Below, piece after piece: positions 13,098 to 25,046 of a stretch of DNA of 50,941 nt. A program made the translations under genes and the position numbers. The notes beneath the pieces are model-generated. The model had not been told where the DNA came from. It was given only the letters and a program-made list of their open reading frames with translations, and ran no database searches. Position 1 is the stretch's first letter, and each line of letters opens with the position of its first letter. Origin of the DNA: Octopus bimaculoides (lineage: Eukaryota); contig NC_068983.1 in assembly GCF_001194135.2 (NCBI RefSeq), positions 20,668,591-20,719,531 of the forward strand. Direction: 5' to 3'.

Positions 13098-13406
13098 CGA
13101 GGTCGACTTTGCCTTTCATCTTCTCAGGGTCGATAAAATACGTACCAGTCGGGCGCTGGGATCGATATAATCGACTTACTACCATCCCCGAAATATTCAT
13201 TAAGGCGGTGAACTAGCAGAATCTTTAGCACACTGGGCGAAATACTTTGCAGTATTTCGTCCGTCTTTATATTCAGTTGAATTTCCGCTGAGGTCTACTT
13301 TGCCTTTCAGGGTCAACAAAATAAGTAACAGTAGAGTACTGGGTTTGATGTAATTGACTATCCCCTTTCTCCAAAATTACTGGCCTCGTTCCAGAATTTG
13401 GAATTA
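13098..13406 (+). mobile_element. Two tandem Nin-SINE copies (5'-truncated 13098-13200; full 13202-13406, tail type B)
   Basis: gaggtcgactttgcctttcatc occurs twice. The head aaggcggtgaactagcagaatc is present, and the tail reads aaaattactggcctcgttccagaatttggaa. Confidence 0.85.
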
Positions 13407-13511
13407 TTTTTTTAGTAATCACGCTGCCAAAGAATTCTTGCAATGTAAATTTGACAGATAAATACAGTCGTGTCGTATTTCGCGTATACTACTATAAATA
13501 GTAATAATATG

Positions 13512-13737
13512 CACTAATCCCGCGCAATATTGCGGTTCACCTATCGCGGTTTATTATTTATGCTTACATCGATTCATCTTTGGTGCTGTTTTGCATTTAT
13601 AATAAAATAAATATAAACAAATTAAAAAATAATTTTAAAAAAAAGATATACAGTACCGTTCTGTCTCTACTTCACGGATTTACACCTATCGCGGGTGGTT
13701 TTGGAACGTAACGCCCGTGATAGTCGAAGGATTAGTG
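13512..13737 (+). mobile_element. Tigger/pogo-type non-autonomous DNA transposon (MITE)
   Basis: TIRs cactaatcccgcgcaatattgcgg and ccgtgatagtcgaaggattagtg; flanks TG and TA (TA target duplication, one side mutated); Tigger-like subterminal cacctatcgcgg at both ends and ggaacgtaacgccc at the 3' end. Confidence 0.75.
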
Positions 13738-13867
13738 TACTCTATTAGTGTTGACCAGACATGATCTTTGATGAAACTGAAGCCACATCTTAGACGAGTT
13801 AGTTCTATGAGTTGTTTCTGACTAAACGGATAAAGTGTATGCTTTGTGCATGTTGGTTTCAAAGGCC

Positions 13868-14047
13868 AGTGATATCAGTACTCAACTGGTACGGATTTTA
13901 TCGACCTTATGAGGATGAAAGGTAAAGACAGACAATCCCGGCAGAATTTGAACTCAGAACATACGAAAAGCTGCTAAACTCAGACGTACGAAAAGCTACT
14001 AAACATTGTAACCGGTATGCTAACGATTCTGCTAGTTCGCCGCCTTA
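13868..14047 (-). mobile_element. Nin-SINE, diverged, with a ~25-bp internal duplication
   Basis: Minus-strand head taaggcggcgaactagcagaatcgttagc, plus gaatttgaactcagaac and actggtac...ttatcgacc motifs. Confidence 0.8.
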
Positions 14048-14291
14048 TGGTTTATACATAGTCTACTCTTTCATAGTTAATGCAAATACAAACGTACACA
14101 CAGAAACACACCTGCGCGCACACACACAGACGCTCACACATGCTTGTACACATTCATGTTTAGGCATATGTTTAACTTGCAGTTCCCATTTTATCTCTCT
14201 CCCTCTCTGTACACACAAACACAAACACCCACACGCTCACACACATATTTGTATGTATATATAGGCAAATAGAATCTAGAATTTGTGTAAC

Positions 14292-14770
14292 TCATGAAAG
14301 GAACCCGTTTTCATCGATGATTTTCTTAAACGCTTTACAAAATTCCGCTGGTACTTTTTCGTCAGCTGAAGCACTTTCACCTTGCTTCTTAATGGAATGA
14401 TAACTTCTTCGCTCCTTTAATCTCATGAACCATCCTTGACCTGCCTTGAACTCTACATCTTTCTCATTTGGATATTTTCCTTCATGTCCTCAAACAAAGA
14501 CAACACTTTCTCTTGAATGATTTCTTGACTAATAGTAACACGCTGATGATTCAACTTAACAATCCAAAGAGAAAGAAAACTTTCCATTTCTTCAAAAATT
14601 TTCCCTCTTTCCTAATTGATGCTAGAATTCTTCATAACTGAGGCCCCGGATTTGATGTGTGCTAAAATCTTGTCCTTATTGTGTACAATCGTCGATGCAG
14701 TTGTCCGACTTATCCCAGCCAGTTTATCTTCCAACGTTATAGCATGACGCTTAGCACTTTTACTATAAAT
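14292..14770 (-). pseudogene. Tigger/pogo (TIGD1-like) transposase remnant: N-terminal HTH plus CENP-B-type HTH, truncated before the DDE domain
   Basis: Frames give KRHAITLEDKL..ISRTTASTIVHNKDKILAHIKS / LWIVKLNHQRVTISQEIIQEKVLSLFEDMKE / KYPNEKDVEFKAGQGWFMRLKERRSYHSIKKQGESASADEK...KKIIDENG. These parallel the Tigger motifs ASRGWFMRFKER, KVQGEAASAD and KIIDEGG. There is an in-frame stop near 14612 and frameshifts near 14575 and 14478. Confidence 0.9.
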
Positions 14771-14865
14771 TTTCTTAGGAGCCTTGAGGGCAAAAAATAA
14801 AGTCACAAATGAATGAGAATGAGAAAGTAGTCGATAAAAAATTAAACAAATCCGAATTCAAAACA

Positions 14866-14892
14866 ATCGCGGGAATAACGAGGGGCAGTAGA
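14866..14892 (-). mobile_element. Probable 5' TIR of the Tigger element
   Basis: Minus strand tctactgcccctcgttattcccgcga resembles the Tigger TIR pattern cagt..ccctcg.tat.cgcg and lies about 100 bp upstream of the transposase start. Confidence 0.5.
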
Positions 14893-15019
14893 TATTGGAA
14901 CTACAGTGCAATGTGAGCTCCGACAGACCGATAAATAAGACAACACAGCTGATTTCATGAGTTCGTCCACTATGCTACGCTACTTTATGGTGTGTATCTT
15001 AACATTTTATTGTACGTAT

Positions 15020-15246
15020 TTTAATATGATTTATATGCTTTTATTATCTATTGTATAGTAACATGATTTTATAAGCTTTTAACGGGTTTCTGGTGATTTT
15101 GCAATTCCAATATTTGTTGCGGACAGACGTTAAGTCGAGTAAAATGACTTAACTTGATTTTTATTTTTCCACATATTAGTTTTAAAAACCGATGTATAAT
15201 CGAGAACCACTTAAATCGAAACGACTTAAGCAGAGGTATGCCCGTA
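15020..15246. mobile_element. Possible second pogo/Tigger-like terminal fragment
   Basis: Ends in cgacttaagcagaggtatgcccgta (reverse complement ta-cgggcatacctc) with repeated subterminal cgacttaag/ttaagtcg motifs. The partner TIR was not found. Confidence 0.3.
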
Positions 15247-15323
15247 GATATATANNNNNNNNNNNNNNNNNNNNNNNNNNNNNNNNNNNNNNNNNNNNNN
15301 NNNNNNNNNNNNNNNNNNNNNNN

Positions 15324-15391
<68 letters not shown>

Positions 15392-16672
15392 CAGATGTGT
15401 CTGTGTGTGTATAGCACTAATATAGCTACAGGTATTTCTATATGTATGCATTTTATGTATGCATACATACATTTGTTTGTTTGTGTGCATGTGTCCTGCA
15501 GACATAAGGAAAAAAAAGTTCTACTAAATTTAGAGAGAATTTTTTCATATTGTGTTTAGGAAAATACTTAGACACCGCCATTTAGAATAATTTATACGGG
15601 GGAACACGAAAGCAAACAAACAAAATGAGCAGAACACTCCACTATGTATATATAGGCAAGTAGCATCTAGAATTTGTGTAACTCAGGAAAAGAATGAAAA
15701 ACAAAACGAGAATATAGGTAAAAAAAAAAACAAGAAAAAAAACACAAAGGACATAACCAAAGTGGAACACTACAATATACAAGAGAAAAAAGATCGAAAT
15801 AGAACCTTTACATGGTCAGTAACCTGCAAGACTGCACATACACGGAATAAGTTCATATGAAAGCTGGGAATCGCTATAAAGCAGGGTAGATGCAGAAATA
15901 GAATGTATTATTTTAGTTACATAAGATCAAAGGTTAGTCATTAAAAAACTACTAATGTAATATAATAAAAGAAAAAAAATGAACTGCAGTATGTATGTAT
16001 GACTACATACGAAAACAATCGACCGGCATATTTTCGGTTGATCAATCCGAGCAAACGACAGAATATGTCTACAGGCAGAACTAGGTATGACAATTGAGTA
16101 GAGACTTACAGATAGTTCTGCATCGAATCTCAACAAAAATAATACGAGCAGGTGCTAAATCCAATATGTGACGATGATACATTTACGGTGCATTGATACA
16201 CACACACACACACACACACANNNNNNNNNNNNNNNNNNNNNNNNNNNNNNNNNNNNNNNNNNNNNNNNNNNNNNNNNNNNNNNNNTATATATATATGGAT
16301 AAAAACTTATGCAGACTATATCTTGTTCAAAGAACAGAAGAAAAAATATATATATGTATATGCACTGATACTCATATCGATCGTTTTTTTTTTCTCTTCT
16401 GCGAATGACTAGGCAGGAAGTTTAAAAAAAAAACACAACTGAAAGCATCTAGCTTACAAAATGAAAATATACAAGATGTGGAGTCTGAGTGAAAAAGAGG
16501 TACCAGTAATAACTGGCGCACTGAAACCGCTCCCCAGAATATAATCATAATACACAATGGAAACGAGAGATTCAAAGTTAATAAGGCAAATCAAGCAACG
16601 TACATACGTACGTTTATACAGCTGTGACAGGCAATTTGTAAAAGCAGTTCAGGTTGATGAATATATAAAAAT

Positions 16673-16750
16673 GTATCCTTTCTACTGTAGGCACAAGACC
16701 TGAAATTTGCAGGAGAGGGTTAGTCCATTACGTTCCCCCTAGTGCTGAAA
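16673..16750 (-). mobile_element. Nin-SINE tail-A fragment
   Basis: atcctttctactgtaggcacaagacctgaaattt matches the tail at 6628. Confidence 0.65.
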
Positions 16751-16774
16751 TGCTACGTATTGTAGCGAACATGA

Positions 16775-16830
16775 AATAAATGTGCTGGGAACCACTGTTG
16801 GAAACCGCAGTGAAAAGGTTGGGAACTAAT
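16775..16830. mobile_element. Possible hAT-Charlie terminal fragment
   Basis: gggaaccactg and aaaaggttgggaactaatg resemble Charlie-type 3' ends. No left TIR or TSD was found. Confidence 0.3.
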
Positions 16831-19800
16831 GCTTTACATTGTTACAAGGAGATACATGTTAAAACATGGAAGATTTACTCTTATAATGAAAACAAACAAT
16901 CGCATTTCTTTGAAATTTAAATGATTCGTAAGATATCTATGTATGTATATGTTTTAGGACGTGTTTCTGTGTGCTTCTATGCAGTTATATGATCGGTTTG
17001 TGGAGTGTGTTTATGTGATCATATGTCTGTTAAAATCGTTTGTCTATTCTAATGTCTGTTGAATCGGCATGATGACTTTCCATTCTGTTTTATCTGATTC
17101 GGAAGGAGTGATATTCGTTGTTTCACTCAACTTTTGTAGTCATGTACCTATACACTCCTGAAAGTCTAGGAAGATACGAGATGATTCAAACAGATGTAGA
17201 CTTGTGATGCAAACGTAGCAATAACCATTGATATCTCTCTGCATTCAAGTCATTTTAACGGTTGCTGACTCACGTGATACGAAGTTAGAAGAAAACGCGC
17301 GCACACTAACACACACACACACATACACATACACACACACATACACGTGTGGGCAGGGCGAGGGTAAGGTGAAATGCAGGCACACGTTTCATTGTTTCTG
17401 TAACTTTTCCATTGTGCTCAATACTCGAATAACTTTTTTAAGTTTTAACTTCTTAAGAAAAAATTCTTTGTATTCGTACGTGAGTTCGTTGCGGTAGTTT
17501 GTTTGAAACATCATCTTTTCCAAACATTTGTTGTCATACGTAACATGATGACTTTATCACATTTTTTAAAAACTTTACCTTTTATTTTATTATTTATTTA
17601 TTTATTTTTGCTGTAGGCAGTATCTTTGTGATTTTCATCATTGCATTTATATGTTATCAGTCAAGAATTTATTTTCTTTTGTGACTATCACATATTGCTT
17701 CTGAGTTTAGTTTAGTGTGGTTTTATATTACGAACATTACATCTTCCATTAATCGGTACATATTTCTGGGAAATTCTGCACCCATATATGGATCATATAC
17801 TACTATTTTGTTTTAGCACTGAAAGGTGGGATGCATTATAATTGATCACTGTTGTAAGTAAATGAGGATCCGTGAATGAGTCGTACTTATATGGTCAACA
17901 TATAATTTCGTCGTGAATTTTACATTTCTAACGTTAGTAATATAACTTTTAAGTCAAATTAGTCATTAGTATCTTATTAACAAGTTTACATATCTCTGAT
18001 TAATGTTGATCAGAATATCTATAATTTAATATTTCCATAATACATTATTAGTGTTGATTTATAATTAGGCATAATCCATATGTATCTGATTGATATAAAT
18101 ACACTTGGTGTTGATTTTCTTAGTAGTTGTCTTACGAATGTCCATGTTGCGGTGTATTTCTTCGTGTATTGTTCTATGGCTTGGTCTTTCAGAGTTTTAG
18201 AACACTCGATCTTCTTGATTAGTGTTTGTTTTCTTTATTTAATGCTTCGTTTATGGAAGAGAATCTAAATATAATTCTAAGTAAGGATTTTACCAATGCC
18301 ATTTTGTATCCGTGCGGACATTCACTATCTCCATGTAAGTATATGTATTTATTCGTGATATGGTGTAAACGGGCGTGATACATCTGTTGTTATCAATCTG
18401 AATGTTTGTGTCTGGCTCCATTGCATGGGTAGAAGTTGTGTTCGTATTCATGTGGATGTCTTTCTCTATCTTCTCAACGTCTTCCATCAGTGCGTTACAA
18501 CATTATTCATAGTGTATATCGAATATTTATGTCTTATCATTTTTCTCTCTATTGCTGCTACGTAAGACTTGTAAACTGGGGCCCTAACAGAGAACCAACT
18601 GTTACGCATCCTATTCGATTTTATGTATTGCCATGTGGGTATGTATGTATTCAATAAATCGAACAAACATTCGTTCAAGTAAGGGAGAATTAGATGTATC
18701 AGAAAATCGAATAGGTCATTTAAATACATCTACGAGACTGATTCTAAGTTCACCTTTACTGTCTAAATCAGGCAGAATTAGCACAAGTAACTCCGAAACT
18801 TATTTAGAATATTCAGCTGATACGATCCAAATTTTACTGTCTAGTGGTATGTTTACCATTTTTTAATCAGATCAAAACAATCATTTGTCTTATGAAGCAG
18901 ACTCAATTACCACATGAAACATGTTTACCTCTCGTTTATATGTGATATGATACACTAAAATCAAGCGAACCAACCCAATAAACTCCGACGAAGCATGATC
19001 TAAAATTCTCTTTTGATGTGGTGTATAGTTGCTACTAATGTAAACATAAAGTGTATTGACTGGCCTAGATATGAAAAATCGTTGCATATTTCGAAGAGAT
19101 TGTATTTAGATAATGACACATGAATACATCAAACAGATTTTTATCCAGGTGAAAATTGTCAATAAAAATGTTAATTCATTAATACTCCTTTGCTGATCAA
19201 TCTGATGAGGATAGAATAATAATGACTTTTGATTTTAGTTATGGTAATATTTTGTTTAGTTTGCTAGAAGCCGTGCTGCTGCTGTCATTTTCTATAAACA
19301 CTGTTTCAATTAACCATTGTCCTTTTTCGTTGCCGCTGTTGATGCATTGCAGGAGAATGACGACTTTGATAGTTAAAAGTGATGTTTGACCTCTTTGCAC
19401 AGAACATAATAAAATTTAAACACTTTTAACTATGCAGTTCTTATTTGTTTTCCAAATATCATAATAATTTCAGTCTGTGTTTCTATTAACAGGGAACATA
19501 ACTAGTACAATTTTATCGATTCGCAGCAATTGTCGGTAAAATCCACTTGGATGGATTTTAAACCTACAGAAATAGCTGTAATGTACTTACATACGTACAT
19601 GTGTATCTATGTATGTTTAAATTAAATTCTTTGTAAGGGACTTCACCCGGTCGCTAACAATTCGAGGAGGATTTTTGAGTTAAGAGAGTTTAAACATGTG
19701 ATTGAGTTTGTGTGTTGGTTGAGCTGCTAGTCCACGCACCTAAATGTGTGCACATTTTTACCGAATGAATCTGAGATGGAGAATCTTTGGATTTGGAGTA

Positions 19801-19886
19801 TCCACGTCAGTTTCTTTTACTCTTTCTTCGGAATACCTAGTATTTCTAGGTTTCTATGTAAATTTGTTGCTACGTATATATCTATC

Positions 19887-19949
19887 CATACATACATACA
19901 TACATACATACATACATACATACATACATACATACATACATACATACAT
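19887..19949. repeat. (CATA)n microsatellite
   Basis: Direct reading of the sequence. Confidence 0.95.
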
Positions 19950-20544
19950 TCATTCATACATACATATATACATGTCTGTTTGTCTGTCTGTATGTATGTC
20001 TGTCTGTCTGTATGTATGTATATCATTATTCAATTTATTTCAAGATTTCTTGCTAATAGAGAAAGAATCGGTTTCTAACCTGGATCCAAGGCTTCTTAAT
20101 TGGAATTTCAAAATCATCAGCAGGGTACTTTTGTTTGTTTGTTTTTTTTGTATGTATGTATGCATGCATATATGCATGTATGTATTATGTATGTCTATAT
20201 GTATGTACGTATGTGTGTATGTATGTACATATGTGAAGATTTCTATGTTTTATGTATGTATTCTCATGCATAGAGTTACATATCTAGACATGCTAGTATA
20301 TATTTAAATGAGATACTTCTGGAAAGTTTTACAGATTTTTACAGTTCCAGTGATGGATTGGATCTGTAGTCTTTGAATTAGCTTTCTCCTTTCTGGTTTT
20401 GAGAAGCCTAACTTCTCAATATTGGTATTTAGCCAGAGTGTTACATATGCCTGGGCCACAATAGTTACAGGTATCAAACCTGAATTTGTAATTTGGATCG
20501 AGTAGTGGCAAAATAATATACATTTCTTTATGTACATGAACTAA

Positions 20545-20737
20545 GGCGGTTAAGAGGTAAAAGGTTTTGCGGCATTTCATTCGTCTGTGCATTCTGAGTT
20601 CAAATTCCGCCGCGGTCGACTATACCATTTATCCTTTCGGGCTGAATAAAATAAGTACCGGCTGAGCACGAGGGTCGAGGTAATCAACTTACTCCATCCC
20701 CCGATATTTGAGGACTTTTACCAAAATTTGAAACCAA
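20545..20737 (+). mobile_element. Nin-SINE, diverged, tail type B
   Basis: ttctgagttcaaattccgccgcggtcgact...atcctttcgggctgaataaaataagtacc...ccaaaatttgaaaccaa. Confidence 0.85.
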
Positions 20738-20825
20738 CTATATTGATGATAAAGAAGCCCTCTTTTGCTGAATGACAGTGAAGTGTATTTTTATGCAAAA
20801 TATCAATACCCTACGTCCATATGAA

Positions 20826-20864
<39 letters not shown>

Positions 20865-21384
20865 TAGGATAGGAGAAAGCAGGATAGACAAGATAGCATT
20901 CTAATAAATTCTACAATATTTACATGTGTTTCATTTGTGACCTCTAATGCGGTAGCCGTTTCTTTGATGACTGCACTGGAACGCTGAAACACCAAATAAT
21001 CAAAAGAAAATATATAAATGGATTGAACTGTAATTTTTTCAGAAGATATGGTGTTTCAGTATTATTGTGCAATCGTCCACGAATGTATAACATCTATTAT
21101 TACATAATATACTTCTATTCGCTAGTTAAAACACGCGTAGAGATTATGCAATTTATGATACTATAATAAAAAGAACCTTAAACTAGCGTTCGTGTTTTAT
21201 TCTATTCTCGGATATATATATACTCTGTAAATTATTCAAAAGTATGCAGTACCAAGAGGAAATCGTAGAACAAATAGCGTTTAATACTATATCGGGTATT
21301 CAGATGGACAACGATTGCCATAGTGTTCTGAACATTGATTAACAGTCGTGTTATCTGATACGTCCGTACATACATACACACACA

Positions 21385-21415
<31 letters not shown>

Positions 21416-23362
21416 NNNNNNNNNNNNNNNNNNNNNNNNNNNNNNNNNNNNNNNNNNNNNNNNNNNNNNNNNNNNNNNNNNNNNNNNNNNNNNNNNNNNN
21501 NNNNNNNNNNNNNNNNNNNNNNNNNNNNNNNNNNNNNNNNNNNNNNNNNNNNNNNNNNNNNNNNNNNNNNNNNNNNNNNNNNNNNNNNNNNNNNNNNNNN
21601 NNNNNNNNNNNNNNNNNNNNNNNNNNNNNNNNNNNNNNNNNNNNNNNNNNNNNNNNNNNNNNNNNNNNNNNNNNNNNNNNNNNNNNNNNNNNNNNNNNNN
21701 NNNNNNNNNNNNNNNNNNNNNNNNNNNNNNNNNNNNNNNNNNNNNNNNNNNNNNNNNNNNNNNNNNNNNNNNNNNNNNNNNNNNNNNNNNNNNNNNNNNN
21801 NNNNNNNNNNNNNNNNNNNNNNNNNNNNNNNNNNNNNNNNNNNNNNNNNNNNNNNNNNNNNNNNNNNNNNNNNNNNNNNNNNNNNNNNNNNNNNNNNNNN
21901 NNNNNNNNNNNNNNNNNNNNNNNNNNNNNNNNNNNNNNNNTATATATATATATATGGCGAGATGTGTATGTAGTATATTATATGTATACACCCATACGCT
22001 CATGCACCGTATTACATCGATGTGGTTACATGTGTTGAACACGAAAGGGATAGATTTCATACGCCAACACAAATTGATTCGCTATCGATAAGTCGATAAG
22101 TGGGCACATGTATATCAATACGAAGCATAAATATTAATAAATGCATATGCATCGATAGATAGCAAAGCAAATCTCTAGATCCATATGAATCATTAACTGA
22201 ACGTGTTATTGTAGAAAATGCATGCGAACATGAAACGTATATCCTCTTAATAATGGTTGCAGACGCATGTATGAAAAATTGTACGTATCAAAATGTGAGC
22301 CAGAAACGTGTTGGAACATACAGCTAACATAGCACCAGTCTTCTGTGTACGACCCATGAATTAAAACTATATCGAATACTAGAGAATTTGGCAGCTGAAA
22401 TGTTCGATCATTATGACGTAGGAGCTTTTCCTTTCTATCTCTGTTTCTTAATGTATATCCATCTATCTATTCAATCTGTTTGTCTATATATATATATATA
22501 TATATATATAGTTTGTGGGCACGTGTTTCTGTGTTATGGGTGTATGCGTTGGGAAAGAGTAACTGGGGAACAGAGAAGAGATATCTAAATGTATTCCTTA
22601 AAATCTATATAAAGTATTTTTTTTTGTCATAGTTATAATCGTAAATTAACAACCTTGCATTGCTCTTTTTGTAATGACAAATGAAATTGTATATACGTTA
22701 ACATAAACGATAACAAACATCACTCAAATTATTCTTCCTCTCGGATTTATTTTAATGCTTCAATCGAAAAATATGTCGGCGATATGGTGATATAAATGAT
22801 TTAAATAACATCTTGTGATTTTGTCACCATTTACCATTATTCTTACGATCTGCAAAACACGTCTCACTTTTCAGAATTATCACCCCTGCAAGCATGATTA
22901 CTTATTTCTTACGCGCTTATGTGACATTTGTACTGTTCCCTGTACTGTTCCTCTGGATCTTTCCTTGTAACTTAAACAGCTGTTAGTGTGAGTATTAGTT
23001 TATTTAGGTTCATTTACACGACCCTCTTATCCTGTTTTGTGTGTATGAATGAGAGATTTGGACAACACGTTCTCAGTTGCTTCACTGTGTTGTGACATGG
23101 TTTCATCGAGATATAACTTTGTTTTCTGCTTATGTTCACACTTCTGTACAAGATTTTGGGGGTAGATTTTGAAAAACTAATCACAAATGAAATCCAATGT
23201 GCCACAATATCAAGTCCTAATTCTAGATGGAGAGGAGAGGAATTTCGTTAACAGGCAACGACTTCGAATTCGGGAGTAGCTATAACGTTCTGTGAGAAAG
23301 TTTGACGCAAGCATTTCCTGATGCTTTCTTCTTTTCCCTTTCTTTCCCCCTTTATTTCTTCC

Positions 23363-23418
<56 letters not shown>

Positions 23419-23469
23419 GCTGTCTCTCTCCCTCGCTTTATAGGTGTGTGTGTGTGTGTGCGTGCGTGT

Positions 23470-23637
23470 ATACCGCTTGACAACATCTGTTGCTTACCTC
23501 CTCGTTACCCAACGCTTCGGTAAACGTCACCGATAGAATAACTACCAAGCTTTATAAAAATATATCCTAGAGTCGAATCAATTCTTCAAACCAGTGTACC
23601 ACCATGCTCGCTATACGATGACTGAAATAAGTCAAAC
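23470..23637 (+). mobile_element. OK-type SINE 3' half, highly diverged
   Basis: accgcttgacaac...cttcggtaaacgtcaccgatagaataactaccaagc...atgactgaaataagt is collinear with the reverse complement of 45453-45640. Confidence 0.6.
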
Positions 23638-23799
23638 ACACACACACACACACACACACATACACACGCACACACACTCACACATATTTCACGTAATCGA
23701 CCAGAGTGTCAGATGTGGTTATACCTCGCTGGTCACAATGCATTTTGTATCGTTTAAGCTTTCGAATGATGCCACCCCTGCTAGCTAGGTGAGCTTTCT

Positions 23800-23963
23800 G
23801 TTTGGAGGCTACCTCATCGTAGTTAGGGTTACCTCTTTACAGCTGAGTGGCCTGGGGCAAGGTAAAAGAAAGAGTTTTGCTCAAAAGCGCATCCGCTCTA
23901 GGAGTCGAAACCACGGTCTCAAGATCTCGAGTGCAACATACCTTCCATCTAGGCTATGCGCCT
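23800..23963 (-). mobile_element. OR-type SINE, diverged
   Basis: Minus strand ggcgcatagcctagatgg...gtggtttcgactcc...ttgagcaaaact...ttgccccaggccactcagct matches the copy at 2460. Confidence 0.75.
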
Positions 23964-24815
23964 TCGCACGCACGCGCATACACACACAGATGTATATATC
24001 TATCTATCTATCTATCATGACGTCTTCGTCTATAGGCCATCGGACAATATGCAATATGTTGTTTGCTCACATTTTCTTCACCTTCTGAGATTTTGACTTG
24101 TTTCCAAGGTCGATAAGATCTGTAATAAATGAATTTCTGAGATCGATTGGTGAAGGAAAATACAATATATTGGCGTATGCCTGCGCGTAGAATGAACATT
24201 CCAACATACATACATACATACATAACACTTTATTACATACCTGAATGTATGCAAAGTAAAATGATTTTACGTCTTAAATACATGCATATACGTGTGTGTA
24301 TGTATGTATATATTATTATGTACATACATTCATACATACATACATGCCTACATACATACATACATACATACATACACACATATATAGAGCGAGTTGAAAA
24401 ATCGCTTTTTCCTGGGCAAGTCTTCATATATAACGTGTGATCGTGTGTGTATCTCTTTGTGTGTGTGGTGTATGTTATGGTTACACAACGTGTGCCATTT
24501 TTGAACAATTGAAGGTAAAAAAATAAGAAACTGAAAGAAAATAACATCTCCCAAGACCGAGAATAACGCTGGAAAGAAGAGAGAAATATCTAGGAGAAGC
24601 TGTACTAGAACTTAATAATCGATCGATACAATTCGCACTTAAGGCCGTTAAGCAGACTAAACGATGTCTAATGCAGTGATTTGGTTTTCTAGTTTACTAT
24701 TTAATCTGTTTTCTTTCTTGGGATTTCTCTTTCACATACACAGTTCTTTCTCTCCCTACTCCTTTTCCTTCTGTCTTGTTCTCCCTGCTTCACACAAGCT
24801 TAAACATACACCCCT

Positions 24816-24882
<67 letters not shown>
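24816..24882. repeat. (TATC)n microsatellite
   Basis: Direct reading of the sequence. Confidence 0.95.
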
Positions 24883-24957
24883 GAGTCTCATTCTATCTCT
24901 GTGCGACTTTCTGTCGCTCAATGTCTGTCCCTTTTTGAGTCTCCGTGCTTATCAAAG

Positions 24958-24971
24958 TGTGTGTGAGTGTG

Positions 24972-25046
<75 letters not shown>
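24958..25046. repeat. (TG)n microsatellite running into an N-gap
   Basis: Direct reading of the sequence. Confidence 0.95.

Noticed and set aside
18690-18722. LRR protein exon (LDVSENRIGHL)
   Set aside because: A single motif with no second repeat in register and no convincing splice boundaries.
23140-23260. KILGVDFEKL resembling a LINE RT C-terminal motif
   Set aside because: Too short, and flanking frames do not extend the similarity.
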